DNA of 64,000 bases from an uncultured Candidatus Woesearchaeota archaeon (GTDB lineage Archaea > Nanobdellota > Nanobdellia > Woesearchaeales > B29-G15): the NCBI GenBank assembly GCA_903915225.1, contig CAIWSB010000080.1, positions 21,459 through 85,458 on the forward strand, read 5' to 3'. A program made the position numbers and the translations under genes. This document shows, in pieces, positions 49,357 to 58,968 of this stretch. The notes under the pieces are model-generated. The model was not told the origin of the DNA and did not search any database. It saw nothing but the letters and a program-made list of their open reading frames with translations. The first letter of the stretch is position 1. Each line of letters opens with the position of its first letter.

Positions 49357-49596
49357 ATGAGAACGGGCATTACCTTCAAAGAAGAACTTATCGGAAAAGA
49401 AATCAAAGTGATAAACTCTAAAAACAAGTCGGACATTGGAATTTCGGGTGTGGTGGTAGATGATACTGCTTCGACCCTGGTTGTTAAGACAAATGACACG
49501 TTCAAAAGGATACTCAAAGCCCCATCTGTTTTCCAGGTGGGAAATCAAATGATTATTGGTACCCAGATTATTGGTACTTCAAGTGAGAGGAACTGA
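49357..49596 (+). CDS. rnp1: RNase P protein component 1 (Rpp29/Pop4 homolog)
   Basis: Sm-like barrel sequence GKEIKVINSKNKSDIGISGVVVDDTASTLVVKT; canonical position before S17. Confidence 0.7.
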   Translation: MRTGITFKEELIGKEIKVINSKNKSDIGISGVVVDDTASTLVVKTNDTFKRILKAPSVFQVGNQMIIGTQIIGTSSERN

Positions 49597-49597
49597 A

Positions 49598-49903
49598 ATG
49601 GCTGAAACCAACTGCAAGGACCCAAAATGCCCGATACACGGGCAGCTCAGAACCAGGGGCAAGAGCTTCACCGCGGTGGTGAAGTCTGCAAAGATGCACA
49701 AATCCGTTACAGTGGAATTTGAGCGACCGTTCCTTGTCCGGAAGTACCACAGGTATGAAAAAAGATACACCACAATAAAGGCCCACAACCCAGATTGTAT
49801 TAATGCCAAGGAAGGGCAAGAGGTTGAAATTACGGAGTGCAGACCACTGAGCAAGACGATTACATTCGTCGTTACAAAAATTGTTGAGGCAAAGAAACAA
49901 TGA
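49598..49903 (+). CDS. rps17: 30S ribosomal protein S17 (uS17)
   Basis: MAETNCKDPKCPIHGQLRTRGKSFTAVV... Confidence 0.85.
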   Translation: MAETNCKDPKCPIHGQLRTRGKSFTAVVKSAKMHKSVTVEFERPFLVRKYHRYEKRYTTIKAHNPDCINAKEGQEVEITECRPLSKTITFVVTKIVEAKKQ

Positions 49904-50301
49904 AAGCCCTTAAGGCAAAGATGACGCGTGGACTGAATGTTGGCAGCAGGATTCCAACCTGCGACAACTCAGGTGCAAAGATGGTTCAGATTTGCTCAGT
50001 GCGCGGACACAAAACTAGGCGAGGGCGAGCACAGGCAGGTGGCATTAGCGACCTGGTTACAGTTGCGGTAATCAAAGGCGAGCCCGGACTGCAGCACCAG
50101 CTCTTCCCTGCAGTAATTGTGAGGCAGAGGCGCCCATTCAGGCGGGCAGACGGGACTCATTTAAAATTTGAGGATAATGCTGTAGTTGTATGCAAAGATG
50201 TGAAGGGCAACCCTAAAGGCACTATGATAAAAGGTGCAATAGCAAAAGAGGTAGCAGACAGGTGGCCTGCAATAGCTAAGCTTGCCGCCATAATTATTTG
50301 A
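49900..50301 (+). CDS. rpl14: 50S ribosomal protein L14 (uL14)
   Basis: uL14 core and operon order. Confidence 0.9.
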   Translation: MKALKAKMTRGLNVGSRIPTCDNSGAKMVQICSVRGHKTRRGRAQAGGISDLVTVAVIKGEPGLQHQLFPAVIVRQRRPFRRADGTHLKFEDNAVVVCKDVKGNPKGTMIKGAIAKEVADRWPAIAKLAAIII

Positions 50302-50306
50302 AGAAA

Positions 50307-50723
50307 ATGAAGGAAATATCATTATCATGGATTGGGAGCAAGAAACCCAAGAAGCAGAGGAAGTTTAGGATAAATGCTCCCCTACATGTGAGGCACAGGC
50401 TTGTTAAGATTCACTTATCAAAGCAGTTGCGAGAGAAGCACAACCGACGCTCCATGAGCCCAAGAGTTGGTGACAAGGTAAAGGTGCTTCGAGGCAGGTT
50501 CAAGAGCAAGGAGGGTGCGATCAGAGCAGTCAACCTTAAGCGCCTCAAAGTCTCTGTGAACGGGCTTGAGATAACCAAGAATGATGGCACAAAGGTTTTC
50601 CCATTAATTGATCCATCCAACCTATTAATCACTGAATTAAAGCTTGACGATAAGCAGAGAGTAAAGATACTTGAAAGGAAGAAAACAGAAAATGGTAAAA
50701 AGACATCTAAAGCGGCACGCTAG
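50307..50723 (+). CDS. rpl24: 50S ribosomal protein L24 (uL24). Track start is TTG; ATG at 50307.
   Basis: KOW motif GDKVKVLRGRFKSKEG. Confidence 0.85.
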   Translation: MKEISLSWIGSKKPKKQRKFRINAPLHVRHRLVKIHLSKQLREKHNRRSMSPRVGDKVKVLRGRFKSKEGAIRAVNLKRLKVSVNGLEITKNDGTKVFPLIDPSNLLITELKLDDKQRVKILERKKTENGKKTSKAAR

Positions 50724-51378
50724 CCCCAAAACCTGGAATGTGGATAGGAAGGGTGAGACATTCATAGTCAAACCACGGTCTGGTGGTCAGACATTGGAAA
50801 ATTCAATGGGGATTTCCACAATACTCAAGAAACTGGGGTTCTGCGACACCACGAGGGAAGTTAAGACTGCATTAAACAGCCGCGAGATTTTGGTCAACGG
50901 CCGTGTTGTGCTTGATTTCAAGTACTCGGTTGGATTTATGGATGTACTTGCAGTGCCAACAAAGAAATTATACTATAGGATTTCCATTGATAACAAGGGC
51001 AACCTGAGCATTGTGGAGATTGATGCAAAGGATGCAAACCTCCTTCCGTGCAGGGTTAAGACAATGAGGCTTATCCAGGGCGGAAAGCTACAGCTCAACT
51101 GCCACAACGGGCGTAATATTCTGCAGGAGAAAAGGGATTTCAAGCCCAATGATACCGTGCTGGTGAACCTCGAGTTGGGTCAAATAATCCAGCGAATCCC
51201 TCTGAAAGAGGGGGTTCATGTGCTTGTCACTAAGGGCAAGCAAGCAGGTCATATAGGGGTTTTCGAAAAAATTGAGCGAGGGGCTGCACTTATCAAGATT
51301 GACGGGCACGAACACATGAGCCCCATTAAGTACCTATTCATTATTGGCGAAAAAGAGCCGGTGGTTAAGCTAAGATGA
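50692..51378 (+). CDS. rps4e: 30S ribosomal protein S4e (eS4)
   Basis: MVKRHLKRHASPKTW... (eS4 N-terminus), S4 and KOW domains. Confidence 0.85.
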   Translation: MVKRHLKRHASPKTWNVDRKGETFIVKPRSGGQTLENSMGISTILKKLGFCDTTREVKTALNSREILVNGRVVLDFKYSVGFMDVLAVPTKKLYYRISIDNKGNLSIVEIDAKDANLLPCRVKTMRLIQGGKLQLNCHNGRNILQEKRDFKPNDTVLVNLELGQIIQRIPLKEGVHVLVTKGKQAGHIGVFEKIERGAALIKIDGHEHMSPIKYLFIIGEKEPVVKLR

Positions 51379-51899
51379 GCAACCCCATGAGGAATATTAG
51401 GATAGCGAAGCTCACCCTAAATATTGGGACGGGCAAGGATGAAGAGAAGCTTAAGAAAGGCATGAAGCTGCTTGCCACACTCTCTGGAGTTAAGATTGTC
51501 AAGGCATTCACAGTAAAGAAAATCCCCGGATGGGGTGTTAGGCCGGGCTTGCCGCTTGGTTGCAAAACCACAATCCGTGGCAAGGCAATTGAGCCATTGC
51601 TGAAAAGGCTGCTCAATGCCAAGACCAACAAGCTCCCAAAAAGCTGCTTTGATGATTTTGGAAACGTTTCATTTGGTGTTGAGGAATACATCAACATTCC
51701 CGAGATGAAGTATGACCCCGCGATTGGCATGATGGGTTTGGAAGTTAGCCTGACCCTTGAGAGGCCAGGGTTTAGGGTAAAGCGCAGGAGAATAAAACCG
51801 GCAAAGATTACATCGAGGCACAAGATTAAAAAGGAGGACGCAATCGCCTTCATGCAATCTGCGTTTAGTATTAAGGTGACGGAGAGGGGGTCAGAATGA
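51375..51899 (+). CDS. rpl5: 50S ribosomal protein L5 (uL5)
   Basis: uL5 core and order. Confidence 0.9.
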   Translation: MSNPMRNIRIAKLTLNIGTGKDEEKLKKGMKLLATLSGVKIVKAFTVKKIPGWGVRPGLPLGCKTTIRGKAIEPLLKRLLNAKTNKLPKSCFDDFGNVSFGVEEYINIPEMKYDPAIGMMGLEVSLTLERPGFRVKRRRIKPAKITSRHKIKKEDAIAFMQSAFSIKVTERGSE

Positions 51900-52126
51900 C
51901 TGTGAGTGACTTTAGCAAGGTTTTCAAGCAACTCCAGAATAAACCCTCTAAGCTTAAGAAATATATAAAGCACAATAAGCCCAAGACCCGTAACTTTGGG
52001 CCCACAACCAAGGGGTGCAGAAGATGCGGCAGCAACAAGGGGCATGTGGGCAAGTATGGAATTAACCTTTGCAGAAAATGCTTCAGAGAAATGGCCCCCA
52101 AGATAGGTTTCAAGAAGTTCATTTAG
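51896..52126 (+). CDS. rps14: 30S ribosomal protein S14 (uS14, Zn-ribbon type)
   Basis: [25 protein letters not shown]. Confidence 0.85.
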   Translation: MTVSDFSKVFKQLQNKPSKLKKYIKHNKPKTRNFGPTTKGCRRCGSNKGHVGKYGINLCRKCFREMAPKIGFKKFI

Positions 52127-52135
52127 GTGTTTATA

Positions 52136-52528
52136 ATGAGTCTAAATAATCCAATCGCAAACATGATGAGCAAAATACTCAATGCTGAGAAGGTGGGTAA
52201 GGCAGAGTGCCGGACTGCACCTTGCTCAAGGCCCGGAGAGAAGCTGCTTAACATACTCAAAGAAAAGGGCTACATAACTGACTTTACTGCAGACCACAAC
52301 ACCCCAGGGGGAATATTTATTATCAAATTGGCGGGAAAGATAAACAAGTGCGGGGTTATATCACCCAACTTTAATGTTCACAGGGATGGCTATGAGCCAT
52401 ACGAAAAGCGATTCCTCCCTGCAAAGGGATTTGGAATAATACTAGTAACAACCGCAAAGGGCGTTATGACCCACGAGGAGGCAATTTCCAAGGGCCTGGG
52501 AGGCAGGCTACTGGGCTACTGCTACTAA
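52136..52528 (+). CDS. rps8: 30S ribosomal protein S8 (uS8). Track start is GTG; ATG at 52136.
   Basis: MSLNNPIANMMSKILNAEK... Confidence 0.85.
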   Translation: MSLNNPIANMMSKILNAEKVGKAECRTAPCSRPGEKLLNILKEKGYITDFTADHNTPGGIFIIKLAGKINKCGVISPNFNVHRDGYEPYEKRFLPAKGFGIILVTTAKGVMTHEEAISKGLGGRLLGYCY

Positions 52529-52534
52529 ACTAAA

Positions 52535-53089
52535 ATGAGAGTCAGCAAAGACAATTCAGTTGAGGTTGAATTCCCGGCAGGAGTTGAGTTCAGCTTAAAG
52601 GGCGGACTCCTCACCGTGAAGGGTCCTAAGGGCGAAACCTCACGAAAATTTGCAGACCCATTGTTGACAATAAAATCAGAGGATAGGAAGATTGTGATTG
52701 GCACAAAGAAGCTGACAAAGGGACAGAAGACCAAGATGGGCACTATTGTTGCGCACATGCACAACATGATTAAGGGAGTTACTGAAGGCATTGTTTACAA
52801 GCTAAAGATATGCTCAGCCCATTTCCCAATGAGCGTTCAGCTGAAGGGCCAGGATTTCATTGTAAACAACTTCATTGGTGAGAAATTTCCACGCACTGTA
52901 AAAATGAAGTATCCAGATACAAAGGTTGAGATTGCAGGTGACATCGTGACCGTTACAGGTGTCTGCAAGGAGCATGTCTCCCAGACCGCGGCCACAATTG
53001 AGAGCCTGATGCGCCGCCCAGAGTATGACAAAAGAATTTTCCAGGATGGTATTTACATAACAGATAAGGACGGGAAACACGAGAAATGA
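52535..53089 (+). CDS. rpl6: 50S ribosomal protein L6 (uL6)
   Basis: Two-domain uL6 and order. Confidence 0.9.
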   Translation: MRVSKDNSVEVEFPAGVEFSLKGGLLTVKGPKGETSRKFADPLLTIKSEDRKIVIGTKKLTKGQKTKMGTIVAHMHNMIKGVTEGIVYKLKICSAHFPMSVQLKGQDFIVNNFIGEKFPRTVKMKYPDTKVEIAGDIVTVTGVCKEHVSQTAATIESLMRRPEYDKRIFQDGIYITDKDGKHEK

Positions 53090-53676
53090 GCGGTAAAGAT
53101 TTGCTCGGAACGAGAAGGCTGCTGAAAAGCAGAAAGCCAAAATTTAAGCGCCAAAACCAGGGGCTTAAGAGTAAGCTGACCAATAACAGTGGCTGGAGAA
53201 AGCCCAAGGGTTACCATTCCAAGCTCCGCCTAAGGCGCAAGTCCCGCGGTGCGTTCGTATCCCCTGGCTACAAGTCACCTGTTGCAGTGCGCGGTTTGTC
53301 CCGGGAAGGCCTTGTTCCAGTTAATGTTTCAAACCCCGAGCAGCTGAATGGCCTGCAGAAGGGTGTTCATGGAGTTATGGTTAATAGTGCAATTGGCATG
53401 AGGAAGAGGCTTGCTGTGATTGAATTAGCCATCAAAGCCGGGCTTAAGGTACTTAATTTTAAGGATGCCGCCGGTTACCTAAACGACCAGAAGGCCGAGT
53501 TTGACAAACGCACAAAGGAGAAAAAGGAGAAGAAAAAGCCAAAGAAGGCCCAATCAATAGAGGAGAAGATTTCCAAACCAGAAGAGAAAAAAGCACCCGA
53601 AGAAGAAAAGACAGAAGAAGAAAAGAAGAAGGAAGAGAAACAGGAACAAGACAAGGTGCTGACAAAGAGACAGTAA
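53086..53676 (+). CDS. rpl32e: 50S ribosomal protein L32e (eL32) with a long K/E-rich tail
   Basis: KFKRQNQGLKSKLTNNSGWRKPKGYHSKLR, the eL32 signature. Tail KEKKEKKKPKKAQSIEEKISKPEEKKAPEEEKTEEEKKKEEK. Confidence 0.85.
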   Translation: MSGKDLLGTRRLLKSRKPKFKRQNQGLKSKLTNNSGWRKPKGYHSKLRLRRKSRGAFVSPGYKSPVAVRGLSREGLVPVNVSNPEQLNGLQKGVHGVMVNSAIGMRKRLAVIELAIKAGLKVLNFKDAAGYLNDQKAEFDKRTKEKKEKKKPKKAQSIEEKISKPEEKKAPEEEKTEEEKKKEEKQEQDKVLTKRQ

Positions 53677-53677
53677 A

Positions 53678-54139
53678 ATGGAACTATCAACACAAAAACG
53701 GATTGCTGCACGGGTACTGAAGTGCTCACCCAAGAGGGTTTTTTTCAGCCCCGATCACCTGGCCCAAATCAAGGAGGCCATCACAAAGCAGGACATCCGC
53801 GAGCTGATAAACTCAAATGTCATTCAGAAAGTGCCTGCAGCTGGCGTGTCAAGGACACATGCCAAGAAGAGGCTAATGCAGAAGAGAAAGGGTAAAAGGC
53901 GTGGTGCCGGGGCGAAGCAAGGCAAACTAAATGCCCGGCAGCCAGGTAAGAGGGTTTGGATAAACAGGATGAGGAGCCAAAGGGGCCTCATAAAAGGCCT
54001 TAGGGAGAAGGGTATAATCGAAAGGAAAGTGCACGCCATGCTTTACAAAAAGGTAGGGGGTGGCTTCTTCAGGAGCCTGGCTCACCTGAAATATTACCTA
54101 AAGGAGAAAGATTTGTTGAAAAATGTCAAGAAAAAATAA
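53678..54139 (+). CDS. rpl19e: 50S ribosomal protein L19e (eL19)
   Basis: MELSTQKRIAARVLKCSPKRVFF... Confidence 0.85.
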   Translation: MELSTQKRIAARVLKCSPKRVFFSPDHLAQIKEAITKQDIRELINSNVIQKVPAAGVSRTHAKKRLMQKRKGKRRGAGAKQGKLNARQPGKRVWINRMRSQRGLIKGLREKGIIERKVHAMLYKKVGGGFFRSLAHLKYYLKEKDLLKNVKKK

Positions 54140-54680
54140 GTTCATTGAGTACAGAAGGAAGAGGGAATCCAAGACAGATTACGGCAAGCGGCTCAAGCTG
54201 CTCAAGGGCCACAAGACAAGGCTCGTTGTACGAATGTTCTCCCGCTCTGTACTTGGGCAGTTGATTAACTACAAGCCAACTGGCGACGTGGTTGAGGCTG
54301 TTGTGAACTCCTTGGAGCTCAAGGGGCTTGGCTGGAAATACAGCTGCTCAAACCTCCCTGCAGCTTACTTGGCAGGACTCAAGCTGGCTAAAGTTGGGAT
54401 CGCAAAGGGTGTCACTGAGGCTGTGCTAGACCTTGGATTCACAAAATCCATCGCAGGCGCAAAATGCTATTCATTTGTAAAAGGCGTTGTTGATGGAGGT
54501 TTGGAAGTCCCTGTCGACGAAAGTGTTTTCCCAGACGAAACCAGAATCTGTGGCGAGCACATTGTGGGACATTTTGAAAAGCAGTCTAAGGGCAACCAGT
54601 TCGCCAAGTACAAGAAGGACGGGTTTTCGCTAAAGGAAGATTTTGAAAAAGTCAAAGGAAAGATACTGAAAGAAAAATGA
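54123..54680 (+). CDS. rpl18: 50S ribosomal protein L18 (uL18)
   Basis: Order and uL18-like sequence. Confidence 0.85.
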   Translation: MSRKNKFIEYRRKRESKTDYGKRLKLLKGHKTRLVVRMFSRSVLGQLINYKPTGDVVEAVVNSLELKGLGWKYSCSNLPAAYLAGLKLAKVGIAKGVTEAVLDLGFTKSIAGAKCYSFVKGVVDGGLEVPVDESVFPDETRICGEHIVGHFEKQSKGNQFAKYKKDGFSLKEDFEKVKGKILKEK

Positions 54681-55510
54681 AAGAAGAAAAAGTACCAACT
54701 GAAGTAGTTGAAGAGGAGATTGTAAAAGTGGAAGACGTGCCAGAGGAAGTGGCGGCTGTGATTGAGAAGCCAGCCAAACCTGAAGCACTGGATTCCTGGC
54801 AGCCCAAGACAGAATTGGGCAGGCGTGTAAAGGCCAAGGAGATCGTAAATATTGATGAGGTCATCTCCTCAGGCAAGAAAGTACTGGAAGCCGAGATTAT
54901 TGATGCATTGTTGCCAAACCTGGAAATGGAACTAATAATGATTGGACAGGCGAAGGGCAAGTTTGGCGGCGGACAGCGCAGGATATTCAAACAAACCCAA
55001 AAGAAGACTGCAGAGGGCAATTCCCCAAGCTTTACTACAATGGCCGTTATTGGTAACAAGAACGGTTATGTCGGGCTCGGGATGGCTGGCAGCAAGGAAA
55101 CTGTTCCGGCCAGGAACAAGGCTGTAAGAGAAGCCAAGCTCAACCTGCTCAAGGTAATGAGGGGTTGCGGTTCTTGGGAGTGCGGCTGCGGTAAGCCACA
55201 TTCAATCCCATTCAAAGTCACAGGGAGATGTGGAGCAATAAGGGTAACATTGATGCCGGCCCCAATGGGCACCGGACTTTGTGTGGAAAAGGAGTGCCAG
55301 AAGCTGCTCAAATTGGCCGGGATAAAGGATGTTTGGAGCCAGACCTATGGAAAAACAGCCACAAAATCAAACCTCATCAAGGCGTGCTTCCGTGCACTTG
55401 CAAAATTAATGACTTTCAAGATTTCAGATACTGTTCGCGGAAATTTGAATATAGTTGAAGGGGCCCTAATTGAAGAGCCAGCAAAGGAAGAAAATGGAAA
55501 AAAGCAGTAA
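54677..55510 (+). CDS. rps5: 30S ribosomal protein S5 (uS5) with an acidic N-terminal extension
   Basis: uS5 dsRBD and C-terminal domains, preceded by MKEEKVPTEVVEEEIVKVEDVPEEVAAV. Confidence 0.85.
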   Translation: MKEEKVPTEVVEEEIVKVEDVPEEVAAVIEKPAKPEALDSWQPKTELGRRVKAKEIVNIDEVISSGKKVLEAEIIDALLPNLEMELIMIGQAKGKFGGGQRRIFKQTQKKTAEGNSPSFTTMAVIGNKNGYVGLGMAGSKETVPARNKAVREAKLNLLKVMRGCGSWECGCGKPHSIPFKVTGRCGAIRVTLMPAPMGTGLCVEKECQKLLKLAGIKDVWSQTYGKTATKSNLIKACFRALAKLMTFKISDTVRGNLNIVEGALIEEPAKEENGKKQ

Positions 55511-55937
55511 ACCAGAGTACCTGGCCATAATAAAACTGAGAAGCGCAATCAACGCAGATGCCAAGGCAAAGGGAGTGCTCAACAGGCTCAGGATGAGGAA
55601 GAAGCTCACCATGGCTGTCTTCAAGAACACGCCCGAAATCCTGGCGCAGATGACTGTTGTAAAAGACTATACCACCTACGGAGAGATTGACGCTGCACTA
55701 TTTGAAGAGATAATGAAGAAGAGGGGCAAGGAGTACAAGGGTCCTGTTCAGGACTCAAAGAAGAAAATCAAATACACTTTCATTACCTATCAAGGCAAGA
55801 ATTACAATCCTTATTTTGCACTCCACCCTCCGATTGGGGGTTTTGAGAGGGGTGGAATCAAGAAGTCCTTCCAACTGCACGGGGCCTTGGGCTACCGCGG
55901 TGAAAAAATAAAGGAACTCATTGCGAGGATGCTCTAA
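55494..55937 (+). CDS. rpl30: 50S ribosomal protein L30 (uL30)
   Basis: LAIIKLRSAINADAKAKGVLNRLRMRKK... Confidence 0.8.
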   Translation: MEKSSKPEYLAIIKLRSAINADAKAKGVLNRLRMRKKLTMAVFKNTPEILAQMTVVKDYTTYGEIDAALFEEIMKKRGKEYKGPVQDSKKKIKYTFITYQGKNYNPYFALHPPIGGFERGGIKKSFQLHGALGYRGEKIKELIARML

Positions 55938-55938
55938 G

Positions 55939-56487
55939 ATGTCAATCTCCAAGAGGAAGAAAAGGAACCGATTGCGCGGATACACAACCCACGGCTACGG
56001 CTCAATGAAGAAGCACAGAGGCTCTGGACACCGCGGAGGAACGGGTAACGCCGGTACTGGTAAGCGCGCAGACTCCAAGAAGCCGGCAATATGGAAAGGC
56101 GAGAGGTACTTTGGAAAGCATGGATTCAAGAGAAAAAACTCTTTACACATTGAGGCAGTTAACATTGAATACCTGGAGCAGAACTTTGGAAAATTGGGCG
56201 CAGACATAAAGCTCAAGGAATTTGGCTTTGACAAGCTCATCGGCGGAGGTAAGCCTTCACGGGCTTATAACATAGTAGTTGACTATGCCTCCAAGGGCGC
56301 AATTGAGAAGATCGAAAAGGCAGGGGGTAAGGTTACCCTCAAGGCCCCAACTGCCCCAAAAGAGAAACCAATTGTGGCAGTGAAGAAGCCAAAGCCGATT
56401 GAAGATGAGGAAGAAGAGCCAAAGGAAGTAAAGCAACCAGCAAAGGCCAAGCCAAAGAAACCCGAAGCTGCTGAGGAATCCGAATAA
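55939..56487 (+). CDS. rpl15: 50S ribosomal protein L15 (uL15) with a K/E/P-rich tail. Track start is TTG; ATG at 55939.
   Basis: KRKKRNRLRGYTTHGYGSMKKHRGSGHRGGTGNAGTGK. Confidence 0.85.
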   Translation: MSISKRKKRNRLRGYTTHGYGSMKKHRGSGHRGGTGNAGTGKRADSKKPAIWKGERYFGKHGFKRKNSLHIEAVNIEYLEQNFGKLGADIKLKEFGFDKLIGGGKPSRAYNIVVDYASKGAIEKIEKAGGKVTLKAPTAPKEKPIVAVKKPKPIEDEEEEPKEVKQPAKAKPKKPEAAEESE

Positions 56488-56488
56488 A

Positions 56489-57871
56489 ATGTCAATTGTC
56501 ACAAAATTGGCGGCTTACCTCCCCGAGGTTGAGCCACCAAAGCAGAAAAAGCTCTCATTTAAGGAGAAGCTTAAATGGACGGGCATTGTTCTGGGTTTGT
56601 ATTTCATTCTTGAAATGATTCCGCTGTATGGGCTTGGGCAAAACGCCCTCCAGCAATTTGATTACTTATCTATTATCTTAGGTGCATCGTTCGGCTCAAT
56701 CATCAGTTTGGGCATAGGCCCTATTGTGACTGCCTCCATTGTGCTTCAGCTCCTTCAAGGCTCAGGCATACTGAAAATTGACCTAAATTCCAAGGAGGGC
56801 AAGTCTTACTTCCAGAGCCTGCAGAAGTTGATGACATTGTTTTTCATACTGTTTGAGGGGGGTGTTTATGTGCTCATGGGTGGGCTCGCCCCTATGGCTG
56901 GAGTGTCCCCTTGGGCGCTGATTATCCAGTTGTTCTTGGGCGGATTTTTCATAATGATGATGGACGAAGTGGTGAGCAAGTGGGGCTTTGGCTCAGGAGT
57001 CAGCCTCTTCATTGCCGCCGGTGTCTCTGTTACAATTGCAGTACGAGCGTTTTCCTGGCTCCCAGGCACATTTGGCGGGGTTGAGACGGGGCAGTATGCA
57101 ACAGGTGCAATCCCCGGGCTGTTCCAGGCCCTAGCTGCCCAAGATGCCGTGCAAGCTGGACTCATGATTGCAACGGTGGTGGCCACTATTGCTGTGTTCA
57201 TGGTGGCAGTATATGCCCAGGCTATGAAAATTGAAATCCCCCTCTCTTTTGGCAGAATCAGGGGTCACGGAGTGCGTTGGCCTTTGTCTTTCCTGTACAC
57301 AAGCAACATCCCAGTCATACTGGTGGCCGCCCTGCTGGCGAACCTTCAGCTCTGGGCAAGGCTTATGCAAAACATAGGGCACCCAATACTTGGGACTTTT
57401 GACGCCTCTGGTCAAGCTGTATCTGGCTTTGTTTCACTAATATCCTCACCCAACATTGTGGGCAACCTTATCAAAGGGAGTTTCACCTGGGCATTGCTTG
57501 TGCATGCACTAATTTATGTGGCTTTCATGATGGTTGGGGCAGTTATCTTCTCCGTATTCTGGATGAAAACCTCTGGCCTAGACCCAAAAGCACAGGCAGA
57601 CAGGATTATGGAATCTGGGCTCCAAGTTCCCGGTTTCAGGAACGACAAGCGGGTTCTTGAAAGGCTTCTCGGAAGGTACATAATGCCATTGACTGTAATG
57701 GGTGCAATTGCCGTTGGCTTCCTGGCTGCATTGGCAGATTTAACAGGCGCACTGAGCAGAGGTACAGGCATCCTGCTGTCAGTTATGATAATTTACAAGC
57801 TATATGAGGACATTAGCAGGCAGCACCTCATGGACATGAACCCCATGATGAGGAAGTTCATGAAAGGGTAA
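56489..57871 (+). CDS. secY: Preprotein translocase subunit SecY
   Basis: 10-TM SecY/Sec61alpha profile; canonical position after L15. Confidence 0.9.
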   Translation: MSIVTKLAAYLPEVEPPKQKKLSFKEKLKWTGIVLGLYFILEMIPLYGLGQNALQQFDYLSIILGASFGSIISLGIGPIVTASIVLQLLQGSGILKIDLNSKEGKSYFQSLQKLMTLFFILFEGGVYVLMGGLAPMAGVSPWALIIQLFLGGFFIMMMDEVVSKWGFGSGVSLFIAAGVSVTIAVRAFSWLPGTFGGVETGQYATGAIPGLFQALAAQDAVQAGLMIATVVATIAVFMVAVYAQAMKIEIPLSFGRIRGHGVRWPLSFLYTSNIPVILVAALLANLQLWARLMQNIGHPILGTFDASGQAVSGFVSLISSPNIVGNLIKGSFTWALLVHALIYVAFMMVGAVIFSVFWMKTSGLDPKAQADRIMESGLQVPGFRNDKRVLERLLGRYIMPLTVMGAIAVGFLAALADLTGALSRGTGILLSVMIIYKLYEDISRQHLMDMNPMMRKFMKG

Positions 57872-57872
57872 T

Positions 57873-58655
57873 ATGGTTCAGGCAGGCTTTTTGGACTCGG
57901 TATTGAATCCCGTGTTCTTGCCACTGCTGAAATTAGGGGCATTCTGGGCGATTTTTATTATTTCACTGTTCCTTACATTTGTTACAACAATAATCTACAA
58001 GTGTGTGACCAACCAAAAACTCATGAAATCCTTAAGGGATGACCTCAAGGGGCTTCAGAATGAGATGAAGGCGCTTAAGGACAACCCTACAAAGATGATG
58101 AGCAAGCAGAAGGAGCTCATGACCAAGAACATGGAATACATGAGGCACTCCATGTGGTCAACGATATTCACAATATTCCCTGTGCTGATTGTCTTCGGCT
58201 GGCTTAATGCCTATGTCGCTTTTAGCCCGTTAGTTGCAGACCAAGGCTTCAATGTTACACTCACCATGGGGCCAGGGTTTAGCTCACCCCCACAGGTTGA
58301 GTTGCCACAGGGAATTGAGGTTTCCAAAAGCTACCCTAAGGGCTCGGGCAACTTTGTTGTATTCAATTTTGTGGGAAAAGAGGGGGTTTATGACACACCA
58401 CCCTTAAGGTTTAAGTACGAAGGGGAAACCTGCGATGTCCCGGTAAAAATTACCGCCACGGGAGGTAATGGTTATTCATACCCCTTAGTATCCTGCAAGA
58501 CCCCGCACATGCAGAGTGCGCTGGTCTCAAACAAGCCCATGAAACCTCTCGGGGCGATAAGCATTTTTGGATGGCACCCTGGTTGGTTTGGAACGTACAT
58601 TATACTTTCGCTCATATTTAGTATGCTATTGAGGAAGGTTTTAAAGGTATATTGA
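57873..58655 (+). CDS. DUF106/EMC3-like membrane protein (archaeal YidC/Oxa1-family insertase candidate) with a ~110 aa extracytoplasmic insertion
   Basis: TM1, then a coiled-coil (KLMKSLRDDLKGLQNEMKALKDNPTKMMSKQKELMTKNMEY), then TM2, an insertion, and TM3. Synteny matches the archaeal secY-(adk)-DUF106 arrangement. Confidence 0.5.
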   Translation: MVQAGFLDSVLNPVFLPLLKLGAFWAIFIISLFLTFVTTIIYKCVTNQKLMKSLRDDLKGLQNEMKALKDNPTKMMSKQKELMTKNMEYMRHSMWSTIFTIFPVLIVFGWLNAYVAFSPLVADQGFNVTLTMGPGFSSPPQVELPQGIEVSKSYPKGSGNFVVFNFVGKEGVYDTPPLRFKYEGETCDVPVKITATGGNGYSYPLVSCKTPHMQSALVSNKPMKPLGAISIFGWHPGWFGTYIILSLIFSMLLRKVLKVY

Positions 58656-58692
58656 GTAAGCTTTTTAAACTAGCCCCTATCAACTCTTAAAA

Positions 58693-58968
58693 ATGCCAAA
58701 GGGAAATGTTAAGTCAGGAACGAAAAGGAGAAGGGTAGTCACAAGCCCCGGCGGAAAGCAGGTTACGCACTACATTAAGCGCAACCATGCACTGACGCAG
58801 TGTGCCAAATGTGGCAATCCGCTTTTGGGCGTCCCTAGACGAGATTCCCTTAAGGTGCTGAAGGTTCCCAGATCAAAAAGGGTTCCGCACAGGCCATATG
58901 GTGGCGTGCTATGCTCAAAATGTTCAAAAGAGTTCATAAAACTAGGAGAGGTTGTTGAAAATGTTTGA
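58693..58968 (+). CDS. rpl34e: 50S ribosomal protein L34e (eL34)
   Basis: THYIKRNHALTQCAKCGNPLLGV...RPYGGVLCSKC. Confidence 0.8.
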   Translation: MPKGNVKSGTKRRRVVTSPGGKQVTHYIKRNHALTQCAKCGNPLLGVPRRDSLKVLKVPRSKRVPHRPYGGVLCSKCSKEFIKLGEVVENV

